Positions 43,060 through 53,198 of a stretch of DNA of 64,000 bases are shown one piece after another. The translations under genes and the position numbers were made by a program. Position 1 is the first letter of the stretch; each line of letters begins with the position of its first letter. Under the pieces are notes generated by a model that was not told the origin of the DNA, did no database searches, and saw only the letters and a program-made list of their open reading frames with translations. The DNA comes from Alphaproteobacteria bacterium (lineage in GTDB: Bacteria > Pseudomonadota > Alphaproteobacteria > JAIXQD01), in contig OZ251993.1 of NCBI GenBank assembly GCA_965246895.1, forward strand, positions 466,654 through 530,653, read 5' to 3'.

Positions 43060-43662
43060 ATGCCAGCATTTCACGAAGTCCGATTTCCGGAGAATATTGC
43101 CTATGGGGTGAGCGGCGGACCGGAGTATGCCACGACCATTGTTGTGACAGCGTCTGGCTATGAGACGCGCAATATCAACTGGTCGGCGGCGCGAGGTAAA
43201 TGGGATGCGGCATCCGGTCTCAAGAACCAGACGCAGCTTGACGCGCTGATCGCCTTCTTTCGCGCACGTAAAGGCCGCGCCTATGGGTTCCGGTTCAAGG
43301 ACTGGACGGATTTCAAGGCGACAGCACAGCCGCTGGGTGTCGGCAACGGCAGCCTCAAGCTTTTTCAACTGACCAAAACCTATAGCTCTGGCGGTTATGA
43401 CGAAAAGCGGATCATCACCAAGCCCGTCGCAGGCACGGTCAAACTCTATCTGAACGGGGTGCTGCAGGGCGCAGGCTGGACGGTCAATACCACGACTGGC
43501 CTCGTTACCTTCGGCGTCGCACCGGGGAATAGTGTGCTTGTCACCGCCGACTTTGAATTCGATGTGCCCGTGCGTTTCGATACCGACAAGCTCGATGCCA
43601 CCATCGAGCAATACAATATCAATCAATGGTCGGGCATCCCGATTGTCGAGATCAGGATTTAA
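43060..43662 (+). CDS. Distal tail protein (DUF2460)
   Basis: FHEVRFP, FFRARKGRAYGFRFKDW and FEFDVPVRFD. Confidence 0.92.
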   Translation: MPAFHEVRFPENIAYGVSGGPEYATTIVVTASGYETRNINWSAARGKWDAASGLKNQTQLDALIAFFRARKGRAYGFRFKDWTDFKATAQPLGVGNGSLKLFQLTKTYSSGGYDEKRIITKPVAGTVKLYLNGVLQGAGWTVNTTTGLVTFGVAPGNSVLVTADFEFDVPVRFDTDKLDATIEQYNINQWSGIPIVEIRI

Positions 43663-43664
43663 GC

Positions 43665-44507
43665 ATGAAAACAGCCTCTGCCGGACTTGCCACGCATATC
43701 GCGGGCGAGGTCACCACGCTTGCGACCTGCTGGAAGGTGATCCGCTCGGACGCAGCCGTGTATGGCTTCACCGATCACGATACCGATCTTATCGTCAGCG
43801 GCGTGACCTATGTAGCGGCGACCGGCTATACGCGCTCGGCCATTCACGCGATAGCCAATCTTGCGGTCGATAACCTCGACATCGAGAGCGCGCTCGATAG
43901 CGAGATGCTGACCGCCGCCGATCTGCGGGCGGGCGTTTGGGACGGGGCGGAGATCCAGATCTTCCTTGTTAATTGGGCTGATCTCACACAAGGCCGGATC
44001 ATGCTGAAACGTGGGCGCATCGGTGAGGTCGAACTTAAAAGCCCGCTGTTCCGTGCCGAGTTGCGCGGGCTGTCACAGGCCTTGAGCCAGCAGATCGTAG
44101 AACTCTATACGCCGGACTGCCGCGCCGAGCTTGGTGACAGCCGTTGCGGGGTCAATCTAGCCGCGCTGACGGTTACAGGCGCGGTAACGGTCAGCGCGGG
44201 GCGCTACGGCTTTACCGACAGCACTAGGCTGGAGGCGGCAGACTTTTGGGTGGGCGGGTTGGTCACTTGGCTGACGGGTGCGAATGCCAGCCGCTCGATG
44301 GAAGTCAAAACCTTTAGCGTCGGTGCGGTCGGCCTGTTCCTGCCGATGCCAAATGCCATTGCGGTCGGCGATACCTATAGCCTGCGACCCGGCTGCGATA
44401 AGAGCCTGGCTACTTGCAAGGCGCGTTACAGCAACGTCGTCAACTTTCGGGGTGAGCCGCATGTGCCCGGCTCCGATCAAGTGTTGAGTTATCCCGATGC
44501 CAAATAA
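43665..44507 (+). CDS. Baseplate hub protein (DUF2163)
   Basis: GFTDHD, CRAELGD..CGV, GCDK..TC..NFRGEPH. Confidence 0.92.
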   Translation: MKTASAGLATHIAGEVTTLATCWKVIRSDAAVYGFTDHDTDLIVSGVTYVAATGYTRSAIHAIANLAVDNLDIESALDSEMLTAADLRAGVWDGAEIQIFLVNWADLTQGRIMLKRGRIGEVELKSPLFRAELRGLSQALSQQIVELYTPDCRAELGDSRCGVNLAALTVTGAVTVSAGRYGFTDSTRLEAADFWVGGLVTWLTGANASRSMEVKTFSVGAVGLFLPMPNAIAVGDTYSLRPGCDKSLATCKARYSNVVNFRGEPHVPGSDQVLSYPDAK

Positions 44508-44946
44508 GATCACCCGCGCCGATGTGGTAGCCGAGGCCCGCAGTTGGCTCGATACGCCTTTCCAGCATCAGGGCTGCCTCAAAGGCGTTGCCTGCGACTG
44601 CATCGGCCTGATCAAGGGTGTGGGGTTGGTGCTGGGTGTTCTCGATTACGACCCAACCTCGCCGGAAGCGCAGCCATACCTAGCCTATAGCCGCCTGCCA
44701 GATTCTAAGATGATGCGGAAGGCGCTTGCGACCTTCTTCACACCCATCGCGGTGACCGAGGCGCTGCCAGGCGATTTCTATTACATGGCCTGGGTGCGTG
44801 AGCCGCAGCATGTCGCGCTGCTGACCGACCGAGGCATCATCCATGGTTACGAGGGCGGGCCGCGCAAGGTTGTAGAGCACAGCCTCGATGACCGCTGGCA
44901 GCGCCGGATCGTCGGCGCGTATCGCTACCAATATTTCACGGAGTAA
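44497..44946 (+). CDS. NlpC/P60 tail peptidase
   Basis: ARSWLDTPFQHQG, CDCIGLI and HVAL motifs. Confidence 0.9.
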   Translation: MPNKITRADVVAEARSWLDTPFQHQGCLKGVACDCIGLIKGVGLVLGVLDYDPTSPEAQPYLAYSRLPDSKMMRKALATFFTPIAVTEALPGDFYYMAWVREPQHVALLTDRGIIHGYEGGPRKVVEHSLDDRWQRRIVGAYRYQYFTE

Positions 44947-44948
44947 GC

Positions 44949-47900
44949 ATGGCAATTCTGGCAATCGGGCTGGCTGGCGCGGGGTTAGGCTCCGCGATCG
45001 GCATCGGCGCGAGCCTTGGCTGGATGGGTGCCGTCATGGCTGGCAATATGCTTCTCGGCGGCAAAGGCCAGACCATCGAAGGGCCGCGGCTCGACGATCT
45101 CTCGGTGCAAAGCTCGGCTTACGGCTCGCCGATTCCGCTGGTCTATGGCTCGATGCGGATTGCCGGAAACATCATTTGGGCCAACCCGATCAAAGAGAAG
45201 CGCAAGAAAAAGAAGGCGGGTGGCAAAGGCGGCGGAGGGCCGACGCAGGTCAGCTACAGCTATTCCGCTTCCTTCGCGGTGGGGCTTTGCGCGGGGCCAA
45301 TCGAAACCGTGCTGCGGATCTGGGCGGATACCAAGCTGGTCTATGATGCGACCGCCGCCAACGATAAGGCCGTCTCAAAATATCCCAGCGTGATCCGTAT
45401 CCATACAGGTACCGAAAGCCAGCTGCCGGACAGCACCATCGAAATGGCGCTCGGCGCGGGCAATGTGCCTGCCTATCGCGGTCTGGCCTATCTGGTCTTT
45501 AGCGATTTGCCGCTGGCCGACTTCGCCAATCGGATTCCCAACATCAGCGTCGAGGTGGTTGGCTCCGGCGATCCGACGATCAGCGGCGTGCTGCTGCCCG
45601 TCGCGACCAGCATGAGCCGCGACGGCGGCTATATCGATCAGGCGCGGGGCACGCTGGTCGGCATGGGCAACGGCAAGATTCACAAATACGACCTGATCAA
45701 TAACCGGCTGCTAAACGAAGCGGTGGTCGAGAGCCGTTACGGGCCGCTCGGTGGGATCGACAGCAACGGCTATTTCTATCATATGGCCGACGAGAGCTAT
45801 ACCAACGTGCGGCTCGTCAAGCGCCACCCAGATACGCTGGCGGTAGTGCAACAGACCGCCCGCAACCAGCCCTATAGTATTTCGGGTGAAGTCAGGGACG
45901 ATAAGATTTACGCCTGGACGACCCGCCGGGTCTATAATACCGATCTGGAGCTGATCGCCGACCTGTCGGGCGTGTTCCCGTCCAGCAGCGTTCCCATGTG
46001 CCAGGACGGCGACGGCAATTACTGGCAGGTCAGCGCCAATAATATCCGCAAGCTGAAAGTGTCCGGCTTCGCCACCGACGATAGCGTGGCCGGTCTTCTG
46101 ACTACCGCCAGTGTCACGGCCTGGACGGCGGGCCAGGTGCCGCGCACGATGTTCTATGACGACACGACCGGCCACATCTTTTTTACGCTGAGCGGCGGGC
46201 GACTCGTCAAATGGCATCCGGAGGACGGGTTCGTCGCTTCGCTCGACGGCATGCCGGTGCCGTCCGGCTACGGCTTGCAGGGTGACGCCAACCTGCCGAT
46301 CAAAGGCTGGCTCTGGGCGGGCGACAGTTTCAACGTGGCGCTGGTCGATTTGGTGTCGATGCATATCGAACGCACGCTCAATATCGCGCTGTCACCCGTA
46401 ACGACCGCCACGCGCTTCGCAGGATGCTATGAAAAATTCACGCATTCGATGGTGATCATGACCGATGCCGGGCAGGCCAAGTACCCGCTCGACCGCTACA
46501 CCGGTGAAGGCGTGCCGCTGTCGGGGATCATCGGCGATCTGACGAAGAAGGCTGGCCTCGTACCTGCTGACATCGATACGGCCACGCTGACGCAGTCGGT
46601 GCGCGGCTTCACGGTCGGCAACCGGATGGCGGCGCGTGATGCGCTTGAGCCGCTGCTGGGGGCGATGTTTGTCGATGCGGTCGAGAGCGACGGGGTGCTG
46701 CGCTTTATCCAGCGTCAGACCGCTTCAGCCTTGGCGGTGGCGGAAGACGATCTGGGCGCGGATGATAGTGGCAAGGATGTACTCCGCATTACTGAGACCC
46801 GCACCCAGAATGTGGAACTGCCGCAGCGGATCGATGTCGTCTATCTCGATCCGTCGCGCGACTACCAGACCAATACCCAGCATGCGACTCGTATCGCCGC
46901 GCTGGGCACGGCTGAAAAACGCACGGTGCAGCTGGCGCAGGTCTTGAGCGCCGACGAGGCCAAGCTGATCGCCGAGCGCATGCTGCATGAGGCCTGGATC
47001 GGGCGCACGGCCTATGCCTTTACCCTGCCGCCCAAATTTATGCGGATCGATCCGGCGGACGTGGTGACTGTCACGCTGGGTACGACGACCTTCAAAGTAC
47101 GCCTGCAGCAGGCCGATCTCGGCGGCAACAATGCGATTGCCTGTCAGGGCATGGCGGCGGATGAAGTGGCTTATAGCTTTCCGGCTTCGGGCACCTCGGC
47201 TGTGATCGACGTGCAGGAGATCCTGCTGGTCGGCCCGCTGGTGCTGGCGCTGATGGATCTGCCGATGCTGCGGCTGGAAGACGACAGCCCCGGCCTGATG
47301 TACGGCTTCGGCATGAAGGACGGTACGGCTTCGCTGTACCGAGCGCCCGATGAGGTATCCTGGGATCTGCTCGGCACCGGTGAGGAGCTGCCGCATTTCG
47401 GCGCGGCGACGACCGTGTTGCCAGTGCCGCTTTCGCCCTGGTCGTGGGATGAGACATCCAACGTCACAGTCAGCATGCGCGAGGGAGAGTTGGCCAGCGC
47501 CCCTATGCTCGATGTGCTGAACGGAGCCAATGCGGCCTTGCTGGGCGACGAGATCATCCAGTTCCGCACTGCTACCATGCTCTCTGGCGGTGTGTACAGG
47601 CTGACCGGCCTGCTGCGGGGACGACGGGGAACTGAATGGGCTTGTGGCAGCCACAGCAACGGCGACCGCTTTATCCTGCTGGAAGCGGGCACGGTGCAGC
47701 GGCTGAGCCTGCCGCTTTCGGATGTCGCCAAGGACTATGCCTACAAAGGCGTGATGTCGGGCGCTGACTGGGACGATGCGCCGGTACAGCATTTCACCTT
47801 CAAAGCGCAGAGCCTCAAGTGCCTGTCGCCTGTGCATGTAACAGGCAGCCGCAGCGCGGGAAATCTCACGATCTCTTGGATACGGCGGACGCGCTGGTAT

Positions 47901-48137
47901 GGGGATTGGCTCGACGGCATCGATGTGCCGCTGTTCGAGGCCAGCGAGGCCTATCAGGTCGATATTCTGAACGGGGCAACCGTTGTGCGGACGCTGTCCG
48001 TCACCAGCCCCAGCGCCGTTTATGCAGCCGCCGACCAAGTGACCGACTTCGGGACGGCGCAATCCAGCGTAAGCGTCAAAATCTATCAGATGAACGCCGT
48101 GATCGGTCGCGGCAACCCAGCAACAGCGACGGTGTAA
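44949..48137 (+). CDS. Host-specificity / central tail tip protein
   Basis: EGPRLDDL, PAYRGLAY, LLRGRRGTE and WIRRTR motifs. Confidence 0.9.
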   Translation: MAILAIGLAGAGLGSAIGIGASLGWMGAVMAGNMLLGGKGQTIEGPRLDDLSVQSSAYGSPIPLVYGSMRIAGNIIWANPIKEKRKKKKAGGKGGGGPTQVSYSYSASFAVGLCAGPIETVLRIWADTKLVYDATAANDKAVSKYPSVIRIHTGTESQLPDSTIEMALGAGNVPAYRGLAYLVFSDLPLADFANRIPNISVEVVGSGDPTISGVLLPVATSMSRDGGYIDQARGTLVGMGNGKIHKYDLINNRLLNEAVVESRYGPLGGIDSNGYFYHMADESYTNVRLVKRHPDTLAVVQQTARNQPYSISGEVRDDKIYAWTTRRVYNTDLELIADLSGVFPSSSVPMCQDGDGNYWQVSANNIRKLKVSGFATDDSVAGLLTTASVTAWTAGQVPRTMFYDDTTGHIFFTLSGGRLVKWHPEDGFVASLDGMPVPSGYGLQGDANLPIKGWLWAGDSFNVALVDLVSMHIERTLNIALSPVTTATRFAGCYEKFTHSMVIMTDAGQAKYPLDRYTGEGVPLSGIIGDLTKKAGLVPADIDTATLTQSVRGFTVGNRMAARDALEPLLGAMFVDAVESDGVLRFIQRQTASALAVAEDDLGADDSGKDVLRITETRTQNVELPQRIDVVYLDPSRDYQTNTQHATRIAALGTAEKRTVQLAQVLSADEAKLIAERMLHEAWIGRTAYAFTLPPKFMRIDPADVVTVTLGTTTFKVRLQQADLGGNNAIACQGMAADEVAYSFPASGTSAVIDVQEILLVGPLVLALMDLPMLRLEDDSPGLMYGFGMKDGTASLYRAPDEVSWDLLGTGEELPHFGAATTVLPVPLSPWSWDETSNVTVSMREGELASAPMLDVLNGANAALLGDEIIQFRTATMLSGGVYRLTGLLRGRRGTEWACGSHSNGDRFILLEAGTVQRLSLPLSDVAKDYAYKGVMSGADWDDAPVQHFTFKAQSLKCLSPVHVTGSRSAGNLTISWIRRTRWYGDWLDGIDVPLFEASEAYQVDILNGATVVRTLSVTSPSAVYAAADQVTDFGTAQSSVSVKIYQMNAVIGRGNPATATV

Positions 48138-48138
48138 C

Positions 48139-48864
48139 ATGACGACGAGTCCAAACCTGCAGATCGAGCATATAGCCGCTAGCCAGGCGCAAAAGGAAGT
48201 GACCTGCAATACTGCCTTCGACACGCTGGATCGCTCGCTCTGCGAGGTGCTGTCCAAGGCGATGGCGGATGCTAATCAGACCCTGACAGATGCTGAGGCC
48301 AATAACGCGATCTATATCAAGCTCACAGGGGCGCTCACGGTAGGCCGCACCCTGACGCTGCCTGCCCGCAAGAAGCTGTTCGTCATCGAGAATGCGACCA
48401 CCGGAGCATTTGCGGTCACGGTGAAGTCTGGCGCGGGAGCGACCGTCGCGTTGCCAATGGGGGAGCGCCGGTTTCTCTATAACAACGCGGTCGATGTCAT
48501 GGGGATCACGGCGGGTGGCAGCACCGCGCCTTATGATATCGGCGGCGCTTTGGGCGGTCTGCCGACAGCTTCACAGACGATCCTCCGCTATCCCCTGCCA
48601 CGCGCCGTCAGGTTTTCAGCCGGGTTGCCGTCGAGCCAGGGGCTGTGCGGTACGGCCCCGACGGCAGCCGTGACCTATAGCCTCAAAAAGAACGGCGTCC
48701 AGTTCGCGACTATGCAGTTCGCGGCCAGTGCCACGACCGCCACATTTACGGCAGCTACAGATACGGACTTAGCCGCAGGCGACGTACTGACGCTGACCGC
48801 GCCCGCAACGCCGGACAGCACGCAGGCGGATCTGGCCTTTTCATTCGCAGCCTTACGACTTTAG
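48139..48864 (+). CDS. Tail fibre-associated protein (DUF2793-like N-terminus)
   Basis: SQAQKEVTCNTAFDTLD. Confidence 0.75.
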   Translation: MTTSPNLQIEHIAASQAQKEVTCNTAFDTLDRSLCEVLSKAMADANQTLTDAEANNAIYIKLTGALTVGRTLTLPARKKLFVIENATTGAFAVTVKSGAGATVALPMGERRFLYNNAVDVMGITAGGSTAPYDIGGALGGLPTASQTILRYPLPRAVRFSAGLPSSQGLCGTAPTAAVTYSLKKNGVQFATMQFAASATTATFTAATDTDLAAGDVLTLTAPATPDSTQADLAFSFAALRL

Positions 48865-48873
48865 GAGAAACCC

Positions 48874-49893
48874 ATGGCATTACGGTTTGTAGACGGTTTC
48901 GATCATTACGCAGTTCCGGCCGGAATTCCGGCCAAGTGGAGTTCTTATTACGACACGACGGAATCGAACGGCCTTGCCAGCTATGCAGGGCGGCGGTCAG
49001 GTTCGAACGCCTTGGCGATCCGCGCCTCAGGCGACTTTGTCGGGATCACGCTCGACAGCCAGTCGACCTGGATCGTCGGCTTCGCCATTTATCTCTACGG
49101 CACGGAGACCAACGAACTGATCCGCTTTATCGACGCGGACGGCAATATGCAGCTGCTGATCCAGATCACCAATCAGGGGATCATCCAGCTCTGGCGCGGC
49201 AACTTCAGCACCATGCTGGCGGCCTCGACTTTATCGATGGGCATCACGGCCTGGAATTACATCGAGATCAAATGCACGATTGCCGATAGCGGCGGGCTGT
49301 TCGAAGTACGGATCAATGAAACGGTCTATGTCACCTACACGGGTGACACCAAACAATCCTCGACCCTAAACACTGCCAGCCGCATTCAGTTCATGGGTCG
49401 CAGCAGCGATCTGGCCTTAGACGATCTTTATATCTGCGACGGCACGGGCAGCACGAACAACAACTATCTGGGTGACGTCAGGGTCGATGCCCTGAAGCCG
49501 GTCGGGGCCGGTTTCTATGCGGACTTCAGCCGCTCAACGGGCAGCGCGAATTGGGATAATGTCGATGACGTCACCCCCGATGGCGACGCAACCTACAATT
49601 ACAGCAGCACGGTCGGCAGCAAGGATACCTTCGACTGTGCCAACCTCGTGGCACTGACCGGTTCGATCAAAGGCCTGCAGGCCAACCTCATCGCGCGTAA
49701 GGACGAGGCAGGCGGCAGGGTCTTGAAAGCGGTGCAGCGCATCGGCGGCACGGATTATGAAAGCGCGCCGATTGGTCTTGGCATGTCATATGTCGTGCAG
49801 CGGCAAATCTACGATGTCAGTCCGGCAACTGGCGTGGCCTATACCGAGACCGAGATCAACGCGGCTGAGTTCGGCTACAAGGTTCACAGCTGA
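48874..49893 (+). CDS. Putative virion/receptor-binding protein (lectin-like beta fold)
   Basis: DGFDHY, WNYIEIK and DDLYICDG..YLGD; position in the tail module. Confidence 0.7.
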   Translation: MALRFVDGFDHYAVPAGIPAKWSSYYDTTESNGLASYAGRRSGSNALAIRASGDFVGITLDSQSTWIVGFAIYLYGTETNELIRFIDADGNMQLLIQITNQGIIQLWRGNFSTMLAASTLSMGITAWNYIEIKCTIADSGGLFEVRINETVYVTYTGDTKQSSTLNTASRIQFMGRSSDLALDDLYICDGTGSTNNNYLGDVRVDALKPVGAGFYADFSRSTGSANWDNVDDVTPDGDATYNYSSTVGSKDTFDCANLVALTGSIKGLQANLIARKDEAGGRVLKAVQRIGGTDYESAPIGLGMSYVVQRQIYDVSPATGVAYTETEINAAEFGYKVHS

Positions 49894-50723
49894 TGACAAG
49901 GCTTTACCTCTCAAGGAACGGCCCGACCTACACGCCGCCGACCATACGCGGTGCTTGGGAAGGTACCAGCACCCTCACCCGTGCGCTGCAAACCAAGCCG
50001 GACGAAGCCAGCCAGGGCGAATCTATTGCGGCCTCGAACTACGAAGTCACGACGCTCACCGCCTTCGATGTGATGGTGATCAAGGGCGTGACGGCACCGT
50101 TGGCAGCCGATTATACCTTCGGCGGCACCCTTAACCTCATGATGGCTGTGCAGCAGTCATTCTCTAACTCGTCTAATTCCTACTATCTTCACGCCTATGT
50201 GACGGTCGGGGCCAGCGATGTCGTGCGCGGCACGCTGCTGGCTAATTACTTCGACAGTTCCACCAACGACTGGACGACCACAGCGGCGGCGCGGCCTCTG
50301 CAGACGGCGCAGGCACTGACAGCTGTCGCGGCTCTGGCGGGCGACCGGATTGTCGTCGAGCTGGGTTTCCGCGCCAAGAACGGGTTCAGCTCGCAGCAGT
50401 TCGGTTACATCTATTATAGCGGCGGCGGCGCTGATCTTGTCGCTGGCGGTGCGCCGTCCAGTGGGGTCGGCTATATCGACTTCTCGGACAATTTCACGCT
50501 TGCAGAAAATCAGGTCGTCCGCGTCACCCAGCTTGTCACAGAAGTCGTCCGGCGACCGACGAATACTGCGGCAAGGCTATCGCAGCTGGCGCTGGAAGTC
50601 GTACGGCGGCCTGCGGCACCGCCAGCCCGTATCAGCCAAATGGTCATCGAAGTCGTCAGAAAGAACGGTGTTGCACCGGTAATAACAACCAAGAAAGTGG
50701 CCATGCTTGTCATTGCCACATGA
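49893..50723 (+). CDS. Putative virion protein with three C-terminal repeats
   Basis: AGDRIVVELG; R-x-[TS]-Q-x3-EVVR three times; TGATG coupling. Confidence 0.7.
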   Translation: MTRLYLSRNGPTYTPPTIRGAWEGTSTLTRALQTKPDEASQGESIAASNYEVTTLTAFDVMVIKGVTAPLAADYTFGGTLNLMMAVQQSFSNSSNSYYLHAYVTVGASDVVRGTLLANYFDSSTNDWTTTAAARPLQTAQALTAVAALAGDRIVVELGFRAKNGFSSQQFGYIYYSGGGADLVAGGAPSSGVGYIDFSDNFTLAENQVVRVTQLVTEVVRRPTNTAARLSQLALEVVRRPAAPPARISQMVIEVVRKNGVAPVITTKKVAMLVIAT

Positions 50724-50734
50724 AAGGAGGGATC

Positions 50735-50947
50735 ATGCCCGATCTTGAACGAAGCGTCTGGCGGCTGGAGGCGCAGGTCGAAAACTTAGCCGCCGTGATC
50801 GTCGAACTCAAAACCAAGCTGGAGACCGTCGAAGAGAAGCTGACCGTGCTCGACCGCTGGAAAGGCGGCATGGCGGCGCTGCTAATCGCCAGCGCAGCGG
50901 TCGGCTTCATGATCGATAAGGTCATCGCGCTCTTCGCTAACAAGTAA
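50735..50947 (+). CDS. Small coiled-coil/TM protein, possible holin
   Basis: AGGAGG RBS; coiled coil plus a single TM helix; precedes the endolysin. Confidence 0.55.
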   Translation: MPDLERSVWRLEAQVENLAAVIVELKTKLETVEEKLTVLDRWKGGMAALLIASAAVGFMIDKVIALFANK

Positions 50948-51014
50948 CCCAAATCAACCCTCAAACCCCATCACCGGCCTCGCGCCGGTTTTTTTGTGCC
51001 TGAAAGGAAGTTCA

Positions 51015-51686
51015 ATGACCGTATCTATCACCACCTCAACGCCACGCGGCATCCGTAACAACAATCCCGGCAACCTGCGGAAGACGAACGACCCATGGCA
51101 GGGGTTGAGCCAGCATCAGAACGACGCCGCCTTTTTCCAGTTCGACAATGCCATCTACGGCATCCGGGCTTTGGCGCGGGTGCTGATCAACTATCAGGAT
51201 AAGCACGGCCTGCGCTCGGTTACGCAGATCATCAGCCGCTGGGCACCACCCTCTGAAAACCAGACGGGCGACTATATCAATGCCGTCTGCCAGCGCACCG
51301 GCTTTGCGGCCAACACCCAGCTGGATCTGCATACCGAGGCCAATCTACTGCCGCTGGTCGAAGCCATCATCCGGCATGAGAATGGCCAGCAGCCATACAG
51401 CAAGGCGCAACTGACCAAGGCGCTGGTGCTGGCGGGCGTGGAGCCGCTGGAGCCTGACCTGAAGCAGACCCGCACAGTAAAGGGCGGCAAGGCTGCTGTG
51501 GTCGCTACGGTGGGTGTCGGGGCTATCGAGATCGTCCAGCAGTCGCTCGACCCTGCCAGGGAGGCGCTGGTGGCCATTGCGCCTTACGTCGCGAGCGTTA
51601 AATGGGTGCTGCTGGCGCTGACTCTGATCGGCATCGGTATCATGGTCTGGGCGCGGATCGACGACCGCCGCAAAGGCCTGCGCTGA
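51015..51686 (+). CDS. Putative endolysin (lysozyme-like) with C-terminal membrane segments
   Basis: RGIRNNNPGNLR, RWAPPSEN and IIRHENG; hydrophobic C-terminus. Confidence 0.85.
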   Translation: MTVSITTSTPRGIRNNNPGNLRKTNDPWQGLSQHQNDAAFFQFDNAIYGIRALARVLINYQDKHGLRSVTQIISRWAPPSENQTGDYINAVCQRTGFAANTQLDLHTEANLLPLVEAIIRHENGQQPYSKAQLTKALVLAGVEPLEPDLKQTRTVKGGKAAVVATVGVGAIEIVQQSLDPAREALVAIAPYVASVKWVLLALTLIGIGIMVWARIDDRRKGLR

Positions 51687-51925
51687 TGCTGGCCGTGATC
51701 AAAAGCTGGATCATGGGGAATGCCGTGCGGCTGCTGGGTTATGCCCTGGCAGCCGCTTCGGTCACCGCCGTGATCGTCGGCATTCGTCAGTCGGGCAAAA
51801 ACGCCGTCCGGCTGGATATCCTTAAAAACACATTGGAGGTGAAACATGAGCAACTTCGGGCTGCGGCCAATGCGCCTCGTACTCGCGCTGAGCTTGTTAA
51901 GCGGCTGCAGGACGGTAAGTTCTAG
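51686..51925 (+). CDS. Putative i-spanin (Rz-like)
   Basis: N-terminal TM helix, ends RLQDGKF; TGATG coupling. Confidence 0.7.
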   Translation: MLAVIKSWIMGNAVRLLGYALAAASVTAVIVGIRQSGKNAVRLDILKNTLEVKHEQLRAAANAPRTRAELVKRLQDGKF

Positions 51926-52079
51926 CGCGGGGTCGGACTGTCCGCCTTTGCGAGATTATGACCAGGCTTTCCTGAACCAGCTGGCTGATGAGATCGAGGC
52001 CGCGCCGGTCGATGCGGCTTATCCGATAGCTGTACAGGATTATGCTGGCTTACGAGAGCAGATATGGGCTTGTAAGTGA
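51870..52079 (+). CDS. Putative o-spanin lipoprotein (Rz1-like)
   Basis: MRLVLALSLLSG|C lipobox; overlaps the i-spanin in another frame. Confidence 0.75.
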   Translation: MRLVLALSLLSGCRTVSSSAGSDCPPLRDYDQAFLNQLADEIEAAPVDAAYPIAVQDYAGLREQIWACK

Positions 52080-52133
52080 TTTGATATGCCTTCTGCTTGT
52101 GCTAATTTTTGATGGAAACTCGGAGGCTATTGA

Positions 52134-52943
52134 ATGATACCGCATGTTGACCAGGCAAGAGATTATCTCATACAGCACCTCGCCAATTTACCTGCAGCGC
52201 GAGGGAATTATCATAATAACAATCAGGTAAGAACGCATGGTTGCGATATCTGGATTCCAAATGTCGTGGCTGACTATTATCAGATGACGCAACAAATGCG
52301 TATCTTGGATAACTGGGAAGAGGAAAGATATATACCATTCTATGATGCGGCATGGGAACTATCTCGCATAGGTGTCCTTCGTCCCGCGAGTGTCGCTGCG
52401 TTGGGTATGGGCATGGGCAGCGGTTTTCATGGTGACGGTTATTCGCTAACCGAGTTTGGCAAGACATGGGTGAAGGCAGCCAAAGATAATCTACCACCTC
52501 CAACTGATCCCAGCCGTTACATGGCCCTCTTATCTGGTTTTGAAAACAAGTTGGGACAGGCATTCAAGCAACGGGCGGCAGAAGCCGCACATTGTCACAC
52601 GACGACTAATTATCTGGCCTGCTGTGTAATGGCCGGTGCTGCAGCTGAATCAATCCTACTTGCAGCGGCTATCACCAAGACCAATGATGAATCGAAAGTT
52701 CTAAGCGAATATCGGGGCGCATCGGGTCGTACCCGCGTAACAAATATGTTGATAGGTGCTGCGCCGAAAGGTATCGCCGATCCACTTAAAGCAGGATTGA
52801 ATTTGCTAAGTTACTGGCGCGATGAAGCTGGTCACGGGCAGGCCAGCACGATTAATGAGATTGAAGCGTTTTCTGCTCTTACCCAATTATTGAGGCTGGC
52901 TCAATTCACAGTAGATAATTGGGATACAATAACAGCGCCTTAA
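52134..52943 (+). CDS. Hypothetical protein with C-terminal HEPN-like domain
   Basis: YLACCVMAGAAAE helix and RDEAGH (Rx4H); GGAGG RBS. Confidence 0.65.
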   Translation: MIPHVDQARDYLIQHLANLPAARGNYHNNNQVRTHGCDIWIPNVVADYYQMTQQMRILDNWEEERYIPFYDAAWELSRIGVLRPASVAALGMGMGSGFHGDGYSLTEFGKTWVKAAKDNLPPPTDPSRYMALLSGFENKLGQAFKQRAAEAAHCHTTTNYLACCVMAGAAAESILLAAAITKTNDESKVLSEYRGASGRTRVTNMLIGAAPKGIADPLKAGLNLLSYWRDEAGHGQASTINEIEAFSALTQLLRLAQFTVDNWDTITAP

Positions 52944-53198
52944 CGCTAGCTATCAGCAAATGCAAAAATATGAGACCAGAGCAATCAGGCTCTAATTCCA
53001 CTTTGTCTATAAACTCTCACTATAATTTAGCTGCGATCTAAATAGCTTTTTGGAGCGGCATTAACTGGTTAATTCGCTTAATATACATATTGTTGATAAA
53101 TAATGCTTTTTTGTCTGAATATTAACTAGAAAAGCAAATTTTATTGTTGCAACAAGCTGCCCATAACCGTAAACGATATTATATCGAAACGGATTATT

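Noticed and set aside
46725-48257. 510-aa antisense ORF and similar long shadow ORFs in the structural genes
   Set aside because: Expected from high-GC codon bias opposite well-supported genes; no motifs
44949-50723. Diversity-generating retroelement or invertible tail-fibre cassette
   Set aside because: No reverse transcriptase or invertase, and no TR/VR-like duplication seen by eye
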